Origin: an uncultured Clostridia bacterium
GTDB lineage: Bacteria; Bacillota; Clostridia; Christensenellales; UBA1242
NCBI GenBank assembly: GCA_930990515.1
Contig: CAKNPS010000003.1
Coordinates: forward strand, 49,006 to 113,005
Direction of reading: 5' to 3'
Length of the DNA stretch: 64,000 nt
Shown here piece after piece: positions 42,768-53,184 of this stretch. The notes under the pieces were generated by a model that saw nothing but the letters and a program-made list of their open reading frames with translations, had not been told where the DNA came from and did not search any database. The position numbers were made by a program, and so were the translations under genes. Positions within the stretch are counted from its first letter, which is position 1; each line of letters opens with the position of its first letter.

Positions 42768-43502
42768 ATGCAAAAAACAAAATCTAGAAAAATTTGGGCG
42801 GTGATTGCTGTTTCTGTTATGCTTGTTGCATTCATGTTCTTAGCAACTGCCTGCGGTGGTTCAAAGACTGAGAATGTTTCTACATATCAGGAACTTGTTG
42901 ACGCCCTTGCTGGAAATTGCGACATCGTTAGACTTGAGAACGACATCAATGTTGAAGGCGGTTTGGTTGTTTCAAGAGATGTTGTGCTTGATATGAATGG
43001 TAAAACTCTTTCAAATGAAAAAGATATTTGGCATGAAGTTCAGTCAGGAGAAGAGGGGGTTAGCACTCTTTCTATCATTGCAGTTGAAGCCGGTGGGGAT
43101 TTGACCGTTAAAGGTAACGGAACAATTCGCGCAAAAGAGAATGACTGTTATGCATTTGATGTTTCTGGTGGTGGACATCTTGTTATTGAAGACGGCACAT
43201 ATGTTGGAAATATAAGCGTTGTGTATGTGTTAGATGGTTCTGCTGAAATTGAAGGCGGAAGATATTCTATTCAACAACTCAATCCAACAAAGGACTTTCA
43301 GTTCACTTTGAATTTACGAGATGAGTGCTATGAAAATGGAACAGGAAGCATTGTTGTGACAGGTGGAACTTTTGAGAATTTTGATCCATCAAAAAACGCC
43401 GCTGAAAGTGATGACCTTTCCACAAACTTTGTTAAAGAAGGATATATTTCAACTTTAACTATGGAAGGTGATTTGACAACATACGTTGTGACAGAGGCGT
43501 AA
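42768..43502 (+). CDS. lipoprotein, probable beta-helix surface protein
   Basis: Lipobox LATAC (MQKTKSRKIWAVIAVSVMLVAFMFLATAC). The repetitive G-rich turn pattern (VEAGGDLTVKGNGTIRA, VSGGGHLVIEDGTYVGN, GSAEIEGGRYS, IVVTGGTFENF) suggests a parallel beta-helix. Confidence 0.6.
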   Translation: MQKTKSRKIWAVIAVSVMLVAFMFLATACGGSKTENVSTYQELVDALAGNCDIVRLENDINVEGGLVVSRDVVLDMNGKTLSNEKDIWHEVQSGEEGVSTLSIIAVEAGGDLTVKGNGTIRAKENDCYAFDVSGGGHLVIEDGTYVGNISVVYVLDGSAEIEGGRYSIQQLNPTKDFQFTLNLRDECYENGTGSIVVTGGTFENFDPSKNAAESDDLSTNFVKEGYISTLTMEGDLTTYVVTEA

Positions 43503-43526
43503 TTTAACTTTAGTATTTTTAAAAAG

Positions 43527-43559
43527 TTGTATGAGTTGCTCTCCTCATACAATTTTTTT
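43527..43559 (+). terminator. intrinsic terminator
   Basis: TTGTATGAG-8 nt-CTCATACAA hairpin followed by T7. Confidence 0.7.
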
Positions 43560-43611
43560 ATTGCTATTAAAACTTTTTGTTGTTTATGATATTTTGTGAT
43601 ATAATATAAGT

Positions 43612-45597
43612 ATGAATAATGAAAGAAGTGAACATGATTTTGAACTTGTGAGTAAGTATAAACCTGCGGGTGACCAACCAAAGGCAATTGAAGAGTTAGT
43701 GGAAGGGTTAGAAGACGGGCTTAAAAGTCAAGTGCTTTTGGGTGTAACCGGCTCTGGAAAAACCTTCACTATGGCAAATATCATTGCAAAGGTCAATCGT
43801 CCGACGCTTGTTATTGCACACAACAAGACACTTGCGGCACAACTATGCAACGAATTTCGTGAGTTTTTCCCAAATAATCGTGTGGAATATTTTGTTTCAT
43901 ACTACGACTATTATCAGCCAGAAGCCTATATTGTTTCATCTGACACATACATTGAAAAAGATATGAGTGTCAACGAAGATATTGATAAACTTCGTTCGTC
44001 TGCCACTTTTTCACTATTAGAGCGAAGTGATGTTATTGTTGTGGCTTCTGTTTCTTGCATTTATGGTTTAGGTATTCCAGATGAATATATGAAACTCCAC
44101 ATTTCGCTAAGACCGGGAGAAGAATTTGATCGTGATGACCTTATCAATCAATTAATAGGTATTCAATACACGCGAAATGATATGGACTTTAAAAGAACAA
44201 CTTTTCGTGTTAAGGGAGATACGATAGATATTTTTCCAGCGAACCAATCAGAAAGTGCTATAAAAGTGCGATTTTTTGGTGACGAAATTGAAAAAATCTA
44301 TGAGTTTGAACCTGTTACTGGGAATTTGCTTAGAGAACTTAACTATATTGCCATTTATCCTGCAACACATTATGCGGTTGGCGGGGATAGAATGAAAAAT
44401 GCACTTGCTCAAATTGAAGCAGATAGGCAGAAGGCAATTGATGATTTCACAAGACAAGGAAAGCCACTAGAGGCAGAAAGAATTGGTCAGAGAGTGGCGT
44501 ATGACCTTGAAATGATGAGAGAAATTGGTTACTGTAGCGGTATTGAGAACTATTCAAGATATTTTGATGGACGAAAAAAAGGCGACCCACCTTATACTTT
44601 AATAGACTATTTTCCAAATGATTTTTTGACTATTATTGATGAAAGTCACATGACATTGCCACAAATTAGAGCGATGTATAATGGCGACCAAGCGAGAAAA
44701 AAGTCACTTGTTGATTATGGTTTTCGTTTGGAAGCGGCAAAAGACAATAGACCACTTACTTTTAATGAGTTTGAGAAAAAACTTAGACAAACAATTTATG
44801 TTTCTGCAACTCCAGGGAAATATGAACTTGAAAAGGCAGGGCAAGTTGTTGAGCAAGTTATTCGTCCAACTGGGCTTTTGGACCCAACAATTGAAATTCG
44901 ACCAATCAAAAATCAAGTGGAAGTTTTGATGCAAGAGTGCGAAAAAACAATCGCTCGTGGGGCAAGAGTTTTGGTTACAACTTTGACGAAGAAGATGGCG
45001 GAAAGCTTGACAACATATTTATCTGACCACTCTTTCAAAGTGAAATATCTTCATAGTGAAATTGACACAATGGAGCGTGTGGAGATTATCAACGGTTTAA
45101 GAAAAGGTGAATTTGACATCATTGTCGGTATCAATCTTCTTCGTGAAGGGCTCGATATGCCAGAAGTGGAACTTGTTTGCATACTCGACGCTGACAAAGA
45201 AGGTTTCTTAAGAAGCGAAGGAGCATTAATTCAAACAGTAGGGCGTGTTGCTAGAAATGCTAATGGTAGAGTTATTATGTTTGCCGATACAATAACAGAC
45301 AGTATGAGAAGGGCAATTGATGAAACTGCACGAAGAAGAAAAATTCAAATGGAATTTAACGAGAAACATCACATTGTCCCAAAAACAATTATTAAGGAAA
45401 TTAAAAACACTTTGGAAATTGGGAAAAAGGTTGACGAACACGACATTCCAAGGAGAGACATTCCAACTGAAATTGACCGCTTGACTTCCATGATGAAGAT
45501 TGCGTCAAGTCAACTTGATTTTGAAAGAGCGATTGAACTTCGAAATAAGATTGCAGTTTTAAAGAAAAGACTTAATAAAAAAGAACATATTGATTAA
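43612..45597 (+). CDS. uvrB: excinuclease ABC subunit B
   Basis: [12 protein letters not shown]alker [11 protein letters not shown] beta-hairpin region, C-terminal UVR motif [15 protein letters not shown]. 661 aa. Confidence 0.95.
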   Translation: MNNERSEHDFELVSKYKPAGDQPKAIEELVEGLEDGLKSQVLLGVTGSGKTFTMANIIAKVNRPTLVIAHNKTLAAQLCNEFREFFPNNRVEYFVSYYDYYQPEAYIVSSDTYIEKDMSVNEDIDKLRSSATFSLLERSDVIVVASVSCIYGLGIPDEYMKLHISLRPGEEFDRDDLINQLIGIQYTRNDMDFKRTTFRVKGDTIDIFPANQSESAIKVRFFGDEIEKIYEFEPVTGNLLRELNYIAIYPATHYAVGGDRMKNALAQIEADRQKAIDDFTRQGKPLEAERIGQRVAYDLEMMREIGYCSGIENYSRYFDGRKKGDPPYTLIDYFPNDFLTIIDESHMTLPQIRAMYNGDQARKKSLVDYGFRLEAAKDNRPLTFNEFEKKLRQTIYVSATPGKYELEKAGQVVEQVIRPTGLLDPTIEIRPIKNQVEVLMQECEKTIARGARVLVTTLTKKMAESLTTYLSDHSFKVKYLHSEIDTMERVEIINGLRKGEFDIIVGINLLREGLDMPEVELVCILDADKEGFLRSEGALIQTVGRVARNANGRVIMFADTITDSMRRAIDETARRRKIQMEFNEKHHIVPKTIIKEIKNTLEIGKKVDEHDIPRRDIPTEIDRLTSMMKIASSQLDFERAIELRNKIAVLKKRLNKKEHID

Positions 45598-45661
45598 TTT
45601 AATAAATTTGTTTTGTTAATAATTTTGATTGTGATATAATTAAATCACAAAGGAGAGAGAT

Positions 45662-46057
45662 ATGAATAAAACACAAATTGGTAAATTTATTATTGATAAT
45701 GATGAGAAAACAATGATGCTAGATGGTAATGGCCCTTATACTTATGTTGGAATTTTGCTTATTCCTTCAAAGACTATTGAAGTTTTTGGAAATTATGACG
45801 ATTCAGTTTCAGAAGATTTGAAGGGGTTTAGAAGAATTTTTGGAAATATTCTTTCCGAAAAAGATTTAAAAGGCTTTATGGAACTTGCAAAAAATGATAA
45901 TTTGGTAGGGTTTGCTTGTAATTTTGATAGAAATGGCAAGTTTCAAGCATGTGTTGTGGAAGAAGACAAAGAGGTAACTAAAAAATTTCCAACCCTTGAA
46001 GAAGCTATTGATAAAGTTAAAGAAAGAGTGAAAGAATTTCAAGGTCGCGATAAATAA
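45662..46057 (+). CDS. hypothetical protein between uvrB and uvrA
   Basis: 131-aa ORF with GGAGAG SD-like sequence. No family recognised. Confidence 0.45.
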   Translation: MNKTQIGKFIIDNDEKTMMLDGNGPYTYVGILLIPSKTIEVFGNYDDSVSEDLKGFRRIFGNILSEKDLKGFMELAKNDNLVGFACNFDRNGKFQACVVEEDKEVTKKFPTLEEAIDKVKERVKEFQGRDK

Positions 46058-46142
46058 AAATTTGTGTGAAATTATTCTAATTTAAGTAAACAATCTTAAT
46101 AGACTTGTTTACTTTTATTTTTTGTGGTATAATTAATATGTT

Positions 46143-48971
46143 ATGAAAGATTCAATTATTATTAAAGGCGCAAGAGAAAATAATTTAAAAAATGTCAACT
46201 TGGAACTTCCAAGAAATAAATTCATTGTTTTTACTGGTGTGAGTGGCTCGGGAAAGAGTTCACTTGCTTTTGGCACGATTTTTGCAGAAGGACAAAGAAA
46301 GTATATGGAGAGTCTGTCTTCATATGCTCGTATGTTTTTGGGACAAAGTCAAAAACCTGATGTAGATACCATTGAAGGTCTTTCTCCTGCAATTTCAATT
46401 GACCAAAAGACAACAAACCACAATCCGCGTTCAACAGTTGGAACTGTTACGGAAATTTATGACTATTTCCGTCTTTTATTTGCAAATATCGGAACACCGT
46501 ATTGTCCACATTGTCATAAACCAATCAAACAACAAACAATTGACCAAATCGTTGATGGAATAAAATCTTATGGGGAAGGAACAAAAGTTTCCATTTTAGC
46601 ACCAGTGGTTCACGACCAAAAAGGAACTTTTGCTAATCTTCTTGAAAGTTTGAAAAGAAGCGGATACACTCGTGTGGAAGTTGATGGAAACACATATCTA
46701 CTTGAAGATGAAATTAATTTGGATAAAAATATTCGCCATAACATCAATGTTATTGTTGACAGAATTTCCATTAAAGAAGGGAAAGATACTCGTCTTGCAG
46801 GAAGCATTGAAAATGCTCTTAAACTTGCAGAAGGTTTGGTTGTTGCAAAAACAGAAGAAAAAGAAGAACTTTTTTCCATTAATTATGCTTGTCCTACTTG
46901 TGGCTGGGCACTTGGGGAAATTACTCCAAGACTTTTCTCATTCAATGCTCCTTATGGAGCGTGTCCAACTTGTTTAGGACTAGGTTACACAACTGATATT
47001 GATGAAAAAGCGGTTTTGAAATATTCTAATCTTTCCATTCGTCAAGGGGCATTTGATATTACTGGCTGGAAGTTTGATGCTGGTGGAATGGCAAGAGCAA
47101 ATTTTGAAGCATTATCAAAAAAATATGACATTTCACTTGATGTGCCTGTTCAAGAACTTAGCAGGGACAAAATTAAGATTTTGCTCTATGGAACGGGTGA
47201 TGAAGAAATTGAGCTTGAAGTTGCTGGTGAAAATAAAAAGCAATGGAGCAAGCGATTCATTAATACCACTTTTGAAGGTATTGTCAATAATCTTAGAAGA
47301 AGATACAAGGAAACCAACAGTGAGTGGGTAAGATTTGAAATCGGAAGATTTATGCGTGAACAAGATTGTCCGACTTGCCATGGGAAAAGATTAAATGAGA
47401 GTGCTTTATCCGTCAAAATTAATGGAAAAGACATTTTTGATTACTGCAATCAAAGTGTAAGAAATCTTATTAACATTGTTAAAGATTTAAAACTTGACAA
47501 AACAAAAGAGAAAATTGCCGAGCCTATTGTCAAAGAAATTTTAAATAGACTTCAATTTTTGGAAGATGTTGGGTTAGGATATCTTACTTTAAGTCGTTCT
47601 GCCGATACTTTATCTGGCGGGGAAGCACAGAGAATTAGACTTGCCACTCAAATTGGAAGCGGACTTGTCGGAGTTTTGTATATATTGGACGAACCGTCAA
47701 TTGGGCTACATCAACGCGACAATGAAAAGTTACTAAGAACACTCAAAAACTTGAAAGATTTAGGTAACACATTGATTGTTGTAGAACACGACGAAGACAC
47801 AATTCGTGCAGCAGACTATCTTGTCGATGTCGGCCCTTATGCTGGGGTTAATGGTGGAGAAATTGTTGCCGCTGGAACTGTTGAAGAAGTGAAGAAAAAC
47901 AAAAGGTCAATCACTGCTAAGTTCTTGCGTGGAGATGATAAGATTGAAATTCCAGAAACTCGCCGTAAACCAAAAGACTTTATTGAAATTAAGGGCGCAA
48001 AAGAAAACAACCTTAAAAACATTGATGTGAAAATTCCAACAGGGGTGTTTACTGCTGTTACTGGTGTTTCTGGAAGTGGTAAAAGTTCGTTAATCAACCG
48101 AATTTTATTCCCATATCTTTCAAATGCTTTGAATAATTCTAAATTGCCACTTGGAGATTGCAAAAGCATTGAAAACATTAATGTGCTAGACAAAGTGATT
48201 AACATTGACCAAGCACCAATTGGAAGAACGCCAAGAAGTAACCCTGCAACCTATACAGGAGTGTTTACTGCAATAAGAGAACTTTTTGCGTCCACTGTTG
48301 ATGCTAAGGTTCGTGGTTTTAATGCTGGCAGATTTTCTTTCAATGTCAAAGGCGGGCGATGTGAAGCCTGCGAAGGTGCCGGCGTTAAGGAAATTGAGAT
48401 GTATTTCTTGCCTGACATCACTGTTCCATGTGAAGTTTGCAAGGGAAAGAGATATAATCGAGAGACGTTGGAAGTTCGCTATAAGGGCAAGACAATTAGT
48501 GATGTTCTTGATATGACGGTGGAAGAAGCCTTGAAGTTTTTTGAGAACATTCCATCAATTACGAACAAACTTCAATCTCTTTATGATGTGGGGCTTTCAT
48601 ATATCAAACTTGGGCAACCTGCGACAGAACTTTCTGGCGGAGAAGCACAAAGAGTTAAACTTGCCACGGAACTTTCTAAACGCGAAACTGGAAAAACTAT
48701 GTATATCTTGGACGAACCTACAACTGGACTTCATGTTTATGATATTAAAAAACTTGTCAAAATTTTAAATAGGCTTATCGGAAACGGAAACTCGGTTGTG
48801 GTTATTGAACATAATCTTGATGTCATTAAATGTGCTGATTATGTTATAGATCTTGGTCCAGAAGGCGGAGATGAAGGTGGAACAGTTGTGGTCACTGGAA
48901 CACCAGAACGAGTGGCAAAATGCAAAGAAAGTTATACTGGGCAATTTTTAAGAAAGATTTTAAATTCATAA
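46143..48971 (+). CDS. uvrA: excinuclease ABC subunit A
   Basis: Two ABC modules ([12 protein letters not shown] and [20 protein letters not shown] twice). Zn-finger Cys pairs CPHCH, CPTCGW..CPTC and CEACEG..CEVCKG. 942 aa. Confidence 0.95.
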   Translation: MKDSIIIKGARENNLKNVNLELPRNKFIVFTGVSGSGKSSLAFGTIFAEGQRKYMESLSSYARMFLGQSQKPDVDTIEGLSPAISIDQKTTNHNPRSTVGTVTEIYDYFRLLFANIGTPYCPHCHKPIKQQTIDQIVDGIKSYGEGTKVSILAPVVHDQKGTFANLLESLKRSGYTRVEVDGNTYLLEDEINLDKNIRHNINVIVDRISIKEGKDTRLAGSIENALKLAEGLVVAKTEEKEELFSINYACPTCGWALGEITPRLFSFNAPYGACPTCLGLGYTTDIDEKAVLKYSNLSIRQGAFDITGWKFDAGGMARANFEALSKKYDISLDVPVQELSRDKIKILLYGTGDEEIELEVAGENKKQWSKRFINTTFEGIVNNLRRRYKETNSEWVRFEIGRFMREQDCPTCHGKRLNESALSVKINGKDIFDYCNQSVRNLINIVKDLKLDKTKEKIAEPIVKEILNRLQFLEDVGLGYLTLSRSADTLSGGEAQRIRLATQIGSGLVGVLYILDEPSIGLHQRDNEKLLRTLKNLKDLGNTLIVVEHDEDTIRAADYLVDVGPYAGVNGGEIVAAGTVEEVKKNKRSITAKFLRGDDKIEIPETRRKPKDFIEIKGAKENNLKNIDVKIPTGVFTAVTGVSGSGKSSLINRILFPYLSNALNNSKLPLGDCKSIENINVLDKVINIDQAPIGRTPRSNPATYTGVFTAIRELFASTVDAKVRGFNAGRFSFNVKGGRCEACEGAGVKEIEMYFLPDITVPCEVCKGKRYNRETLEVRYKGKTISDVLDMTVEEALKFFENIPSITNKLQSLYDVGLSYIKLGQPATELSGGEAQRVKLATELSKRETGKTMYILDEPTTGLHVYDIKKLVKILNRLIGNGNSVVVIEHNLDVIKCADYVIDLGPEGGDEGGTVVVTGTPERVAKCKESYTGQFLRKILNS

Positions 48972-49034
48972 AAAATTATATTTTAATTAAAAAATCAACT
49001 TTTTTATTAAAATTTTTAGCAATTTGGAGAAAAA

Positions 49035-49817
49035 ATGAGAGTTTTCAATCTATCATCTGGAAGTGACGGAAATGCAACATATATTGAAACAGAAAATTCA
49101 CGAATTCTTGTGGATGATGGTATTTCATGCTCTGAAACAATAAAAAGATTAGGACTTATTGGTGTTCAAGGAAGTGACATTGACGCAATTATAGTAACTC
49201 ACGAGCATATCGACCACATAAAAGGAATAAGTGTTTTTTCTAAAAAATTTAATGTGCCAGTTTATGCTCATAATGATGTTTGGAATGGGTTATATCCTAA
49301 ACTTGCCAATTTAAAAGAAGAAAACTTAAGAGTTTTTACAGGCGATTTTGAAATTAAAGATTTATACATTTCGCCTGTCGAAATTCCACATGATGTTAAA
49401 TGTTTTGGATTTTCCATTGAAAATGGCAATAGTAAAGTTAGCCTGCTTACAGACCTAGGGCACACAACAGATAAAATTTTGGAAAGTGTGAAAGGAAGTC
49501 GCTTGGTTTATCTTGAAGCAAATCACGATTTAAATATGCTTAGAAACTCAGAAAAATATCCACTTTCGCTTAAAATGCGTATTGCTGGAAAAAATGGACA
49601 TTTGTCCAATGATGCATCTGGTGAATTTGCGGAGAAATTGGTGCTTACTGGAACGCGTCAAATTGTGCTTTCGCATTTGAGTAAAGAAAACAACACTCCA
49701 GAACTTGCATTCACATACATATCTCAAAAACTCAAAGATAAAGGAATTATTGAAGGTGAGCATCTTAGAATCGATGTTGCAACAACCGTTCCTACAAGAA
49801 TTTTCAAATTAAAATAA
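49035..49817 (+). CDS. MBL-fold metallo-hydrolase (YycJ/WalJ-like)
   Basis: LSSGSDGNATYIE...ILVDDG and THEHIDHIKG (HxHxDH) motifs. 260 aa. Confidence 0.8.
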   Translation: MRVFNLSSGSDGNATYIETENSRILVDDGISCSETIKRLGLIGVQGSDIDAIIVTHEHIDHIKGISVFSKKFNVPVYAHNDVWNGLYPKLANLKEENLRVFTGDFEIKDLYISPVEIPHDVKCFGFSIENGNSKVSLLTDLGHTTDKILESVKGSRLVYLEANHDLNMLRNSEKYPLSLKMRIAGKNGHLSNDASGEFAEKLVLTGTRQIVLSHLSKENNTPELAFTYISQKLKDKGIIEGEHLRIDVATTVPTRIFKLK

Positions 49818-49837
49818 CAGGCGTTGCCTGTTTTTTT
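49816..49837 (+). terminator. intrinsic terminator
   Basis: AACAGGC-gtt-GCCTGTT hairpin plus T-run. A degenerate second copy (ATAGGCGTTGCCTGTTATT) lies at about 49873-49891. Confidence 0.65.
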
Positions 49838-49947
49838 AAAATTTTGTAGATATCGTCTGCTATTGATTTCTATAGGCGTTGCCTGTTATTATTTTTTATA
49901 AAACTTATATGAATTTATATGTCTTATAAATACAAAATTTTCAAGTT

Positions 49948-50691
49948 TTATTTATTATTTTCTGTAAAATTTATTATGTCTTCAACAAAGGCAAATTTTC
50001 GAACAAAGATATGATTGTTTTGACTATAAATTCCATCTTTGCCGACAATTAAAGAATCAATTAAATCTGCATTTAACATTGTGATTAAATTCTCGATAAA
50101 TTTTTGTGCATCATAATCATTTTGTGAAGCATAAGCAGTTCCGCCCGGGTGATTGTGCGCAACAACCAAATGTTTTGGGTTTGTGGAAGTTACAAAATTT
50201 AATAATTCATAAGGTTCAATTCCAACTTGGTCCACTGATTTTCTGTCAATAACTTTTTTATTGATAAAATTAAAACTCACATCAAAAGCAAAGATAATAA
50301 GATGTTCAGTGCTTTGAAATCTTAATAATTCTTCCACAAAATTTAAAAATTCTTGAGCGTCATTCAAATTTAATTTTTTATCCATCTTGCTAGAAGAATA
50401 ATAGAACATAAGTTCGCTGAATAGTTTAATTTTGCTGGCACTTCTTTTGTTTATGCCTTTAACTTGCATGAGTTCATTTTCGCTGGCATCAATAATGTTT
50501 CCAAAATTTTCAAATTTATCAAGAAGTCTGTGAGCAAGTGGATTGACATCTCCACGCGGAATAATGTATGTGAGAAAATATTCAACTGCTTGCACATTGC
50601 TGACATTTTCAATGCCAGATTTTGCAATAAGTTCGGTTAATCTCAATCTATGTCCGCTGTGACTTACATCATCATTTCTTTTGTTCGTCAT
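49948..50691 (-). CDS. radC: RadC-like JAB/MPN domain protein (second paralog)
   Basis: HSGHRLRL, VKGINKRSASKI HhH and VVAHNHPGGTAYASQNDY JAB motif. The N-terminal half is clearly alignable with the protein at 40848..41570. Confidence 0.85.
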   Translation of the reverse strand: MTNKRNDDVSHSGHRLRLTELIAKSGIENVSNVQAVEYFLTYIIPRGDVNPLAHRLLDKFENFGNIIDASENELMQVKGINKRSASKIKLFSELMFYYSSSKMDKKLNLNDAQEFLNFVEELLRFQSTEHLIIFAFDVSFNFINKKVIDRKSVDQVGIEPYELLNFVTSTNPKHLVVAHNHPGGTAYASQNDYDAQKFIENLITMLNADLIDSLIVGKDGIYSQNNHIFVRKFAFVEDIINFTENNK

Positions 50692-50703
50692 TTCTTTTCT
50701 TTC

Positions 50704-51624
50704 CTATATTTTATTTATTGAATTAAAAACTTTTTCATTTCTTTCAGCAACATAATTGGCGATTTCTTCAATCGCAATTTCGTTAAATTTGCGTAAATCT
50801 ATGTTTTCAGGGTGGTCTTTTAGGTGTTTTCTAAGGCTGGCAAAATAAACAAGTCTTAAATCAGTGTCTGTGTTAATCTTGAAAATGTTATGCTTTGTTG
50901 AAGCTTCATTCAAAAGATTTTCATCAACTCCTTTTGCTCCTTTAACATTTCCACCATAAGCATTTATAATTTCGACATACTTTTGTGGAACTGTGGAAGC
51001 TCCGTGCAAAACAAGGGGATAGTTAGGAAGTTTATCTTCAATTTGTGAAAGAATGTCGAAGCGGAGAGTCGATTCTCCTTTAAATTTGTATGCACCATGG
51101 CTTGTGCCTATTGCCACTGCTAAACTGTCACAGCCAGTTTTTTCCACAAAGATTTTTGTTTCATTTGGATTGGTATAAATGTTGTTGTCTGCTTTCACAG
51201 TATCTTCAATTCCAGCGAGCACTCCAAGTTCTGCTTCCACAAAGACATTGTGTTTATGAGCATAATCAACAACCTTTTTTGTGAGAGCGATGTTTTCTTC
51301 AAAAGGCAGGCTACTTCCGTCAATCATAACGGAGTCAAATCCTAAATCAACCGCCCTTTTGCAGATTTCAAAACTTTTTCCGTGATCAAGGTGAAGAAAA
51401 ATTGGAATGTTATAATGTTTTTTTGCGGTTTTAAAAGTTGGCAAAATGAAATCTTCTCCAAGATATGAAAATCCGCCTTCACTAAGGCTCACAAGACATG
51501 GAGATTTACTTTTTTGACACCCTTCACAAATACCTTTCAAAATTTCTAGGCTGACAAAGTTATAAGCTCCAAGTGAATACCCTTTTTTGATGCTATCTTG
51601 CATATAAAATTTAAGACTTTTCAT
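50704..51624 (-). CDS. fba: class II fructose-bisphosphate aldolase
   Basis: GGAGG SD then ATG 51624 (longer ORF to 51687 is unlikely). LHLDHG, VMIDGS, EAELG and GTSHGAYKF motifs. Confidence 0.85.
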   Translation of the reverse strand: MKSLKFYMQDSIKKGYSLGAYNFVSLEILKGICEGCQKSKSPCLVSLSEGGFSYLGEDFILPTFKTAKKHYNIPIFLHLDHGKSFEICKRAVDLGFDSVMIDGSSLPFEENIALTKKVVDYAHKHNVFVEAELGVLAGIEDTVKADNNIYTNPNETKIFVEKTGCDSLAVAIGTSHGAYKFKGESTLRFDILSQIEDKLPNYPLVLHGASTVPQKYVEIINAYGGNVKGAKGVDENLLNEASTKHNIFKINTDTDLRLVYFASLRKHLKDHPENIDLRKFNEIAIEEIANYVAERNEKVFNSINKI

Positions 51625-51722
51625 TTTTCCTCCAAAATTCGAGTTTATTAGCAATATTTTACCACATTTTTCCTTTTTTACAAACATAAATTGTTATAAA
51701 ATCTTATCAAGGAGAAAAATTT

Positions 51723-52388
51723 ATGTTCAAAAAAGTTTTTATCACTTTAAGTTTGGTTTTGGTTATGGTTTGTGTTGCTGGTTGCGGAAAGACAATCAAT
51801 AATTATGTTCAAGAAAATATGTCAGAAATCACAAAAGACTATTTCTTTGGTGAGAATGATGATTTTTATGTAACTTTAAGTGTTGGGGAAAGAGAAGAAG
51901 ATTATTTATATAATGGGACAAGCACGGACAAAGTTGATTTTGCTCTTTTAACTTTAACTTTCAAAAACAATATAAATGAAAGAGTGATTTGGGTGCAGGT
52001 GGCAAGCGGGGAAAATTCAGTGCGTGTGGAAGCAGAATATAACGATATGAGCGACACATTTATGGTGGATATTATTGATGCCATTGCAATCGGCGATAGT
52101 GTTTTTGTTAATTATAACGGCTCCGATGTAGAACTAGAAAAAATATCATCTAATTTTACTATTAAATATGATGAAGCATTGAATATTGCTTGTGAAAACT
52201 TACAAACAGAACTTGAAGCTCTTAAAAGTTACACACATTTTAATGGGGAATGTTATCTTCGTGTTCTAAATCAAAAAGAAAACAATTTTGATGATTTTTA
52301 TTGGTGTTTTACATGCCTTGGACAAGATGGAAATAACTTTTCAATAATTATCTCAACTAGTGACGGCTCAATTCTTGCAAAATCATAA
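51723..52388 (+). CDS. hypothetical lipoprotein
   Basis: Lipobox VAGC (MFKKVFITLSLVLVMVCVAGC). No family recognised. Confidence 0.5.
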   Translation: MFKKVFITLSLVLVMVCVAGCGKTINNYVQENMSEITKDYFFGENDDFYVTLSVGEREEDYLYNGTSTDKVDFALLTLTFKNNINERVIWVQVASGENSVRVEAEYNDMSDTFMVDIIDAIAIGDSVFVNYNGSDVELEKISSNFTIKYDEALNIACENLQTELEALKSYTHFNGECYLRVLNQKENNFDDFYWCFTCLGQDGNNFSIIISTSDGSILAKS

Positions 52389-52580
52389 TTCTAAAAATTT
52401 TTGTTTAAACCGTTGACCTTTACACTTTGACAGCATATAAAAATAACAACAAAGAAAAATCTTTTGCCTGTGGTAAAACTACAGGTTTTTCTTTTTTATC
52501 TTTTTAGGTTAAACTTAATTGTAAATATAAAAAGATTGTGTCAAAGTCAACCTTTTTATTTAATTTTCTATAAATTATAG

Positions 52581-52609
52581 TTGACAAAAGTTTGTGGTAT
52601 TGATATAAT
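52581..52609 (+). promoter_or_regulatory. consensus sigma-A promoter TTGACA-17-TGaTATAAT
   Basis: TTGACA 52581-52586, extended -10 TGaTATAAT 52601-52609, about 110 nt upstream of tRNA-Thr. Confidence 0.6.
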
Positions 52610-52718
52610 GCTAGTGCATTTAAATTTAAGGGAAACTACAATTTTATTTAATTTCTATAAAATTTGTAATGCTTAAAATATAAAAATATAACTAAAAAAT
52701 TTTGCACATTTAGTTTGT

Positions 52719-52793
52719 GCTGATGTGGCTCAGGGGTAGAGCACCACCTTGGTAAGGTGGTGGTCGCGGGTCCGATTCCCGCCATCAGCTCCA
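52719..52793 (+). tRNA. tRNA-Thr (anticodon GGT), CCA encoded
   Basis: Manual cloverleaf: acceptor GCTGATG/CATCAGC, D stem GCTC/GAGC, anticodon stem CCACC/GGTGG with loop TTGGTAA, T stem GCGGG/CCCGC. The T loop reads TCCGATT (C at position 55 instead of the usual T). Confidence 0.85.
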
Positions 52794-52845
52794 GAAAAAA
52801 GGCTTGCTAATAGGCAAGTTTTTTTATTTAAAAAGATTAAAGCGA
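52763..52845 (+). repeat. 83-bp direct repeat, copy 1 (3' 28 nt of tRNA-Thr + CCA + terminator + flank)
   Basis: Identical base for base to 52967..53049 by manual comparison. Confidence 0.9.
52803..52825 (+). terminator. intrinsic terminator after tRNA-Thr
   Basis: CTTGC-taatag-GCAAG hairpin followed by T7. Confidence 0.6.
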
Positions 52846-52966
52846 TCACCACCGAAAATAAAGCATTCCAAAAATGTGTGCCATTTTTGGAAAAAAGGAA
52901 CAAACAAACGAATGGTAAGACTTTTGTTAATGTCAAAAGTCGAAATGAAGTGCAGTTTGTGACGCT

Positions 52967-53049
52967 GTCGCGGGTCCGATTCCCGCCATCAGCTCCAGAA
53001 AAAAGGCTTGCTAATAGGCAAGTTTTTTTATTTAAAAAGATTAAAGCGA
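52967..53049 (+). repeat. 83-bp direct repeat, copy 2 (orphan tRNA-Thr 3' fragment + terminator)
   Basis: Identical to 52763..52845. No matching acceptor 5' strand (GCTGATG) upstream, so it is not a tRNA gene. Confidence 0.9.
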
Positions 53050-53184
53050 CCATGAGCGAAAAGAAATCTTTCATATTTAATAATTTTTCAATCATTACAT
53101 AGATAAAATTACCTAAACTCTACGGATAGTGGGAGTTTTTTTAGCGTTTTATATGATATAATGAAAGTGTGAAAGGAGAAAATT

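Noticed and set aside
43328-43687. 119-aa minus-strand ORF spanning the lipoprotein 3' end, a terminator and the uvrB start
   Set aside because: It crosses an intergenic terminator and two well-supported plus-strand genes, so it is implausible as a gene.
40848-50691. Inverted radC paralogs as ends of an invertible or composite mobile segment
   Set aside because: The similarity is at the protein level only. By eye the nucleotide sequences lack long identical tracts. The content (uvrB, uvrA, MBL) is core housekeeping, and there is no recombinase.
52919-52993. Second tRNA gene (long-variable-arm type) formed by hairpin 52919-52941 plus the duplicated T-arm and acceptor 3' strand
   Set aside because: No GCTGATG acceptor 5' strand or D-arm lies upstream, and the 8-bp stem is too long for an anticodon arm. 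I interpret it as an orphan 3' fragment.
52730-53102. Two overlapping ORFs of about 120 aa (52730..53095 minus, 52749..53102 plus)
   Set aside because: They run through the tRNA-Thr gene, its terminator and the 83-bp duplicate. Their internal repetition just reflects the DNA repeat. They are not coding.
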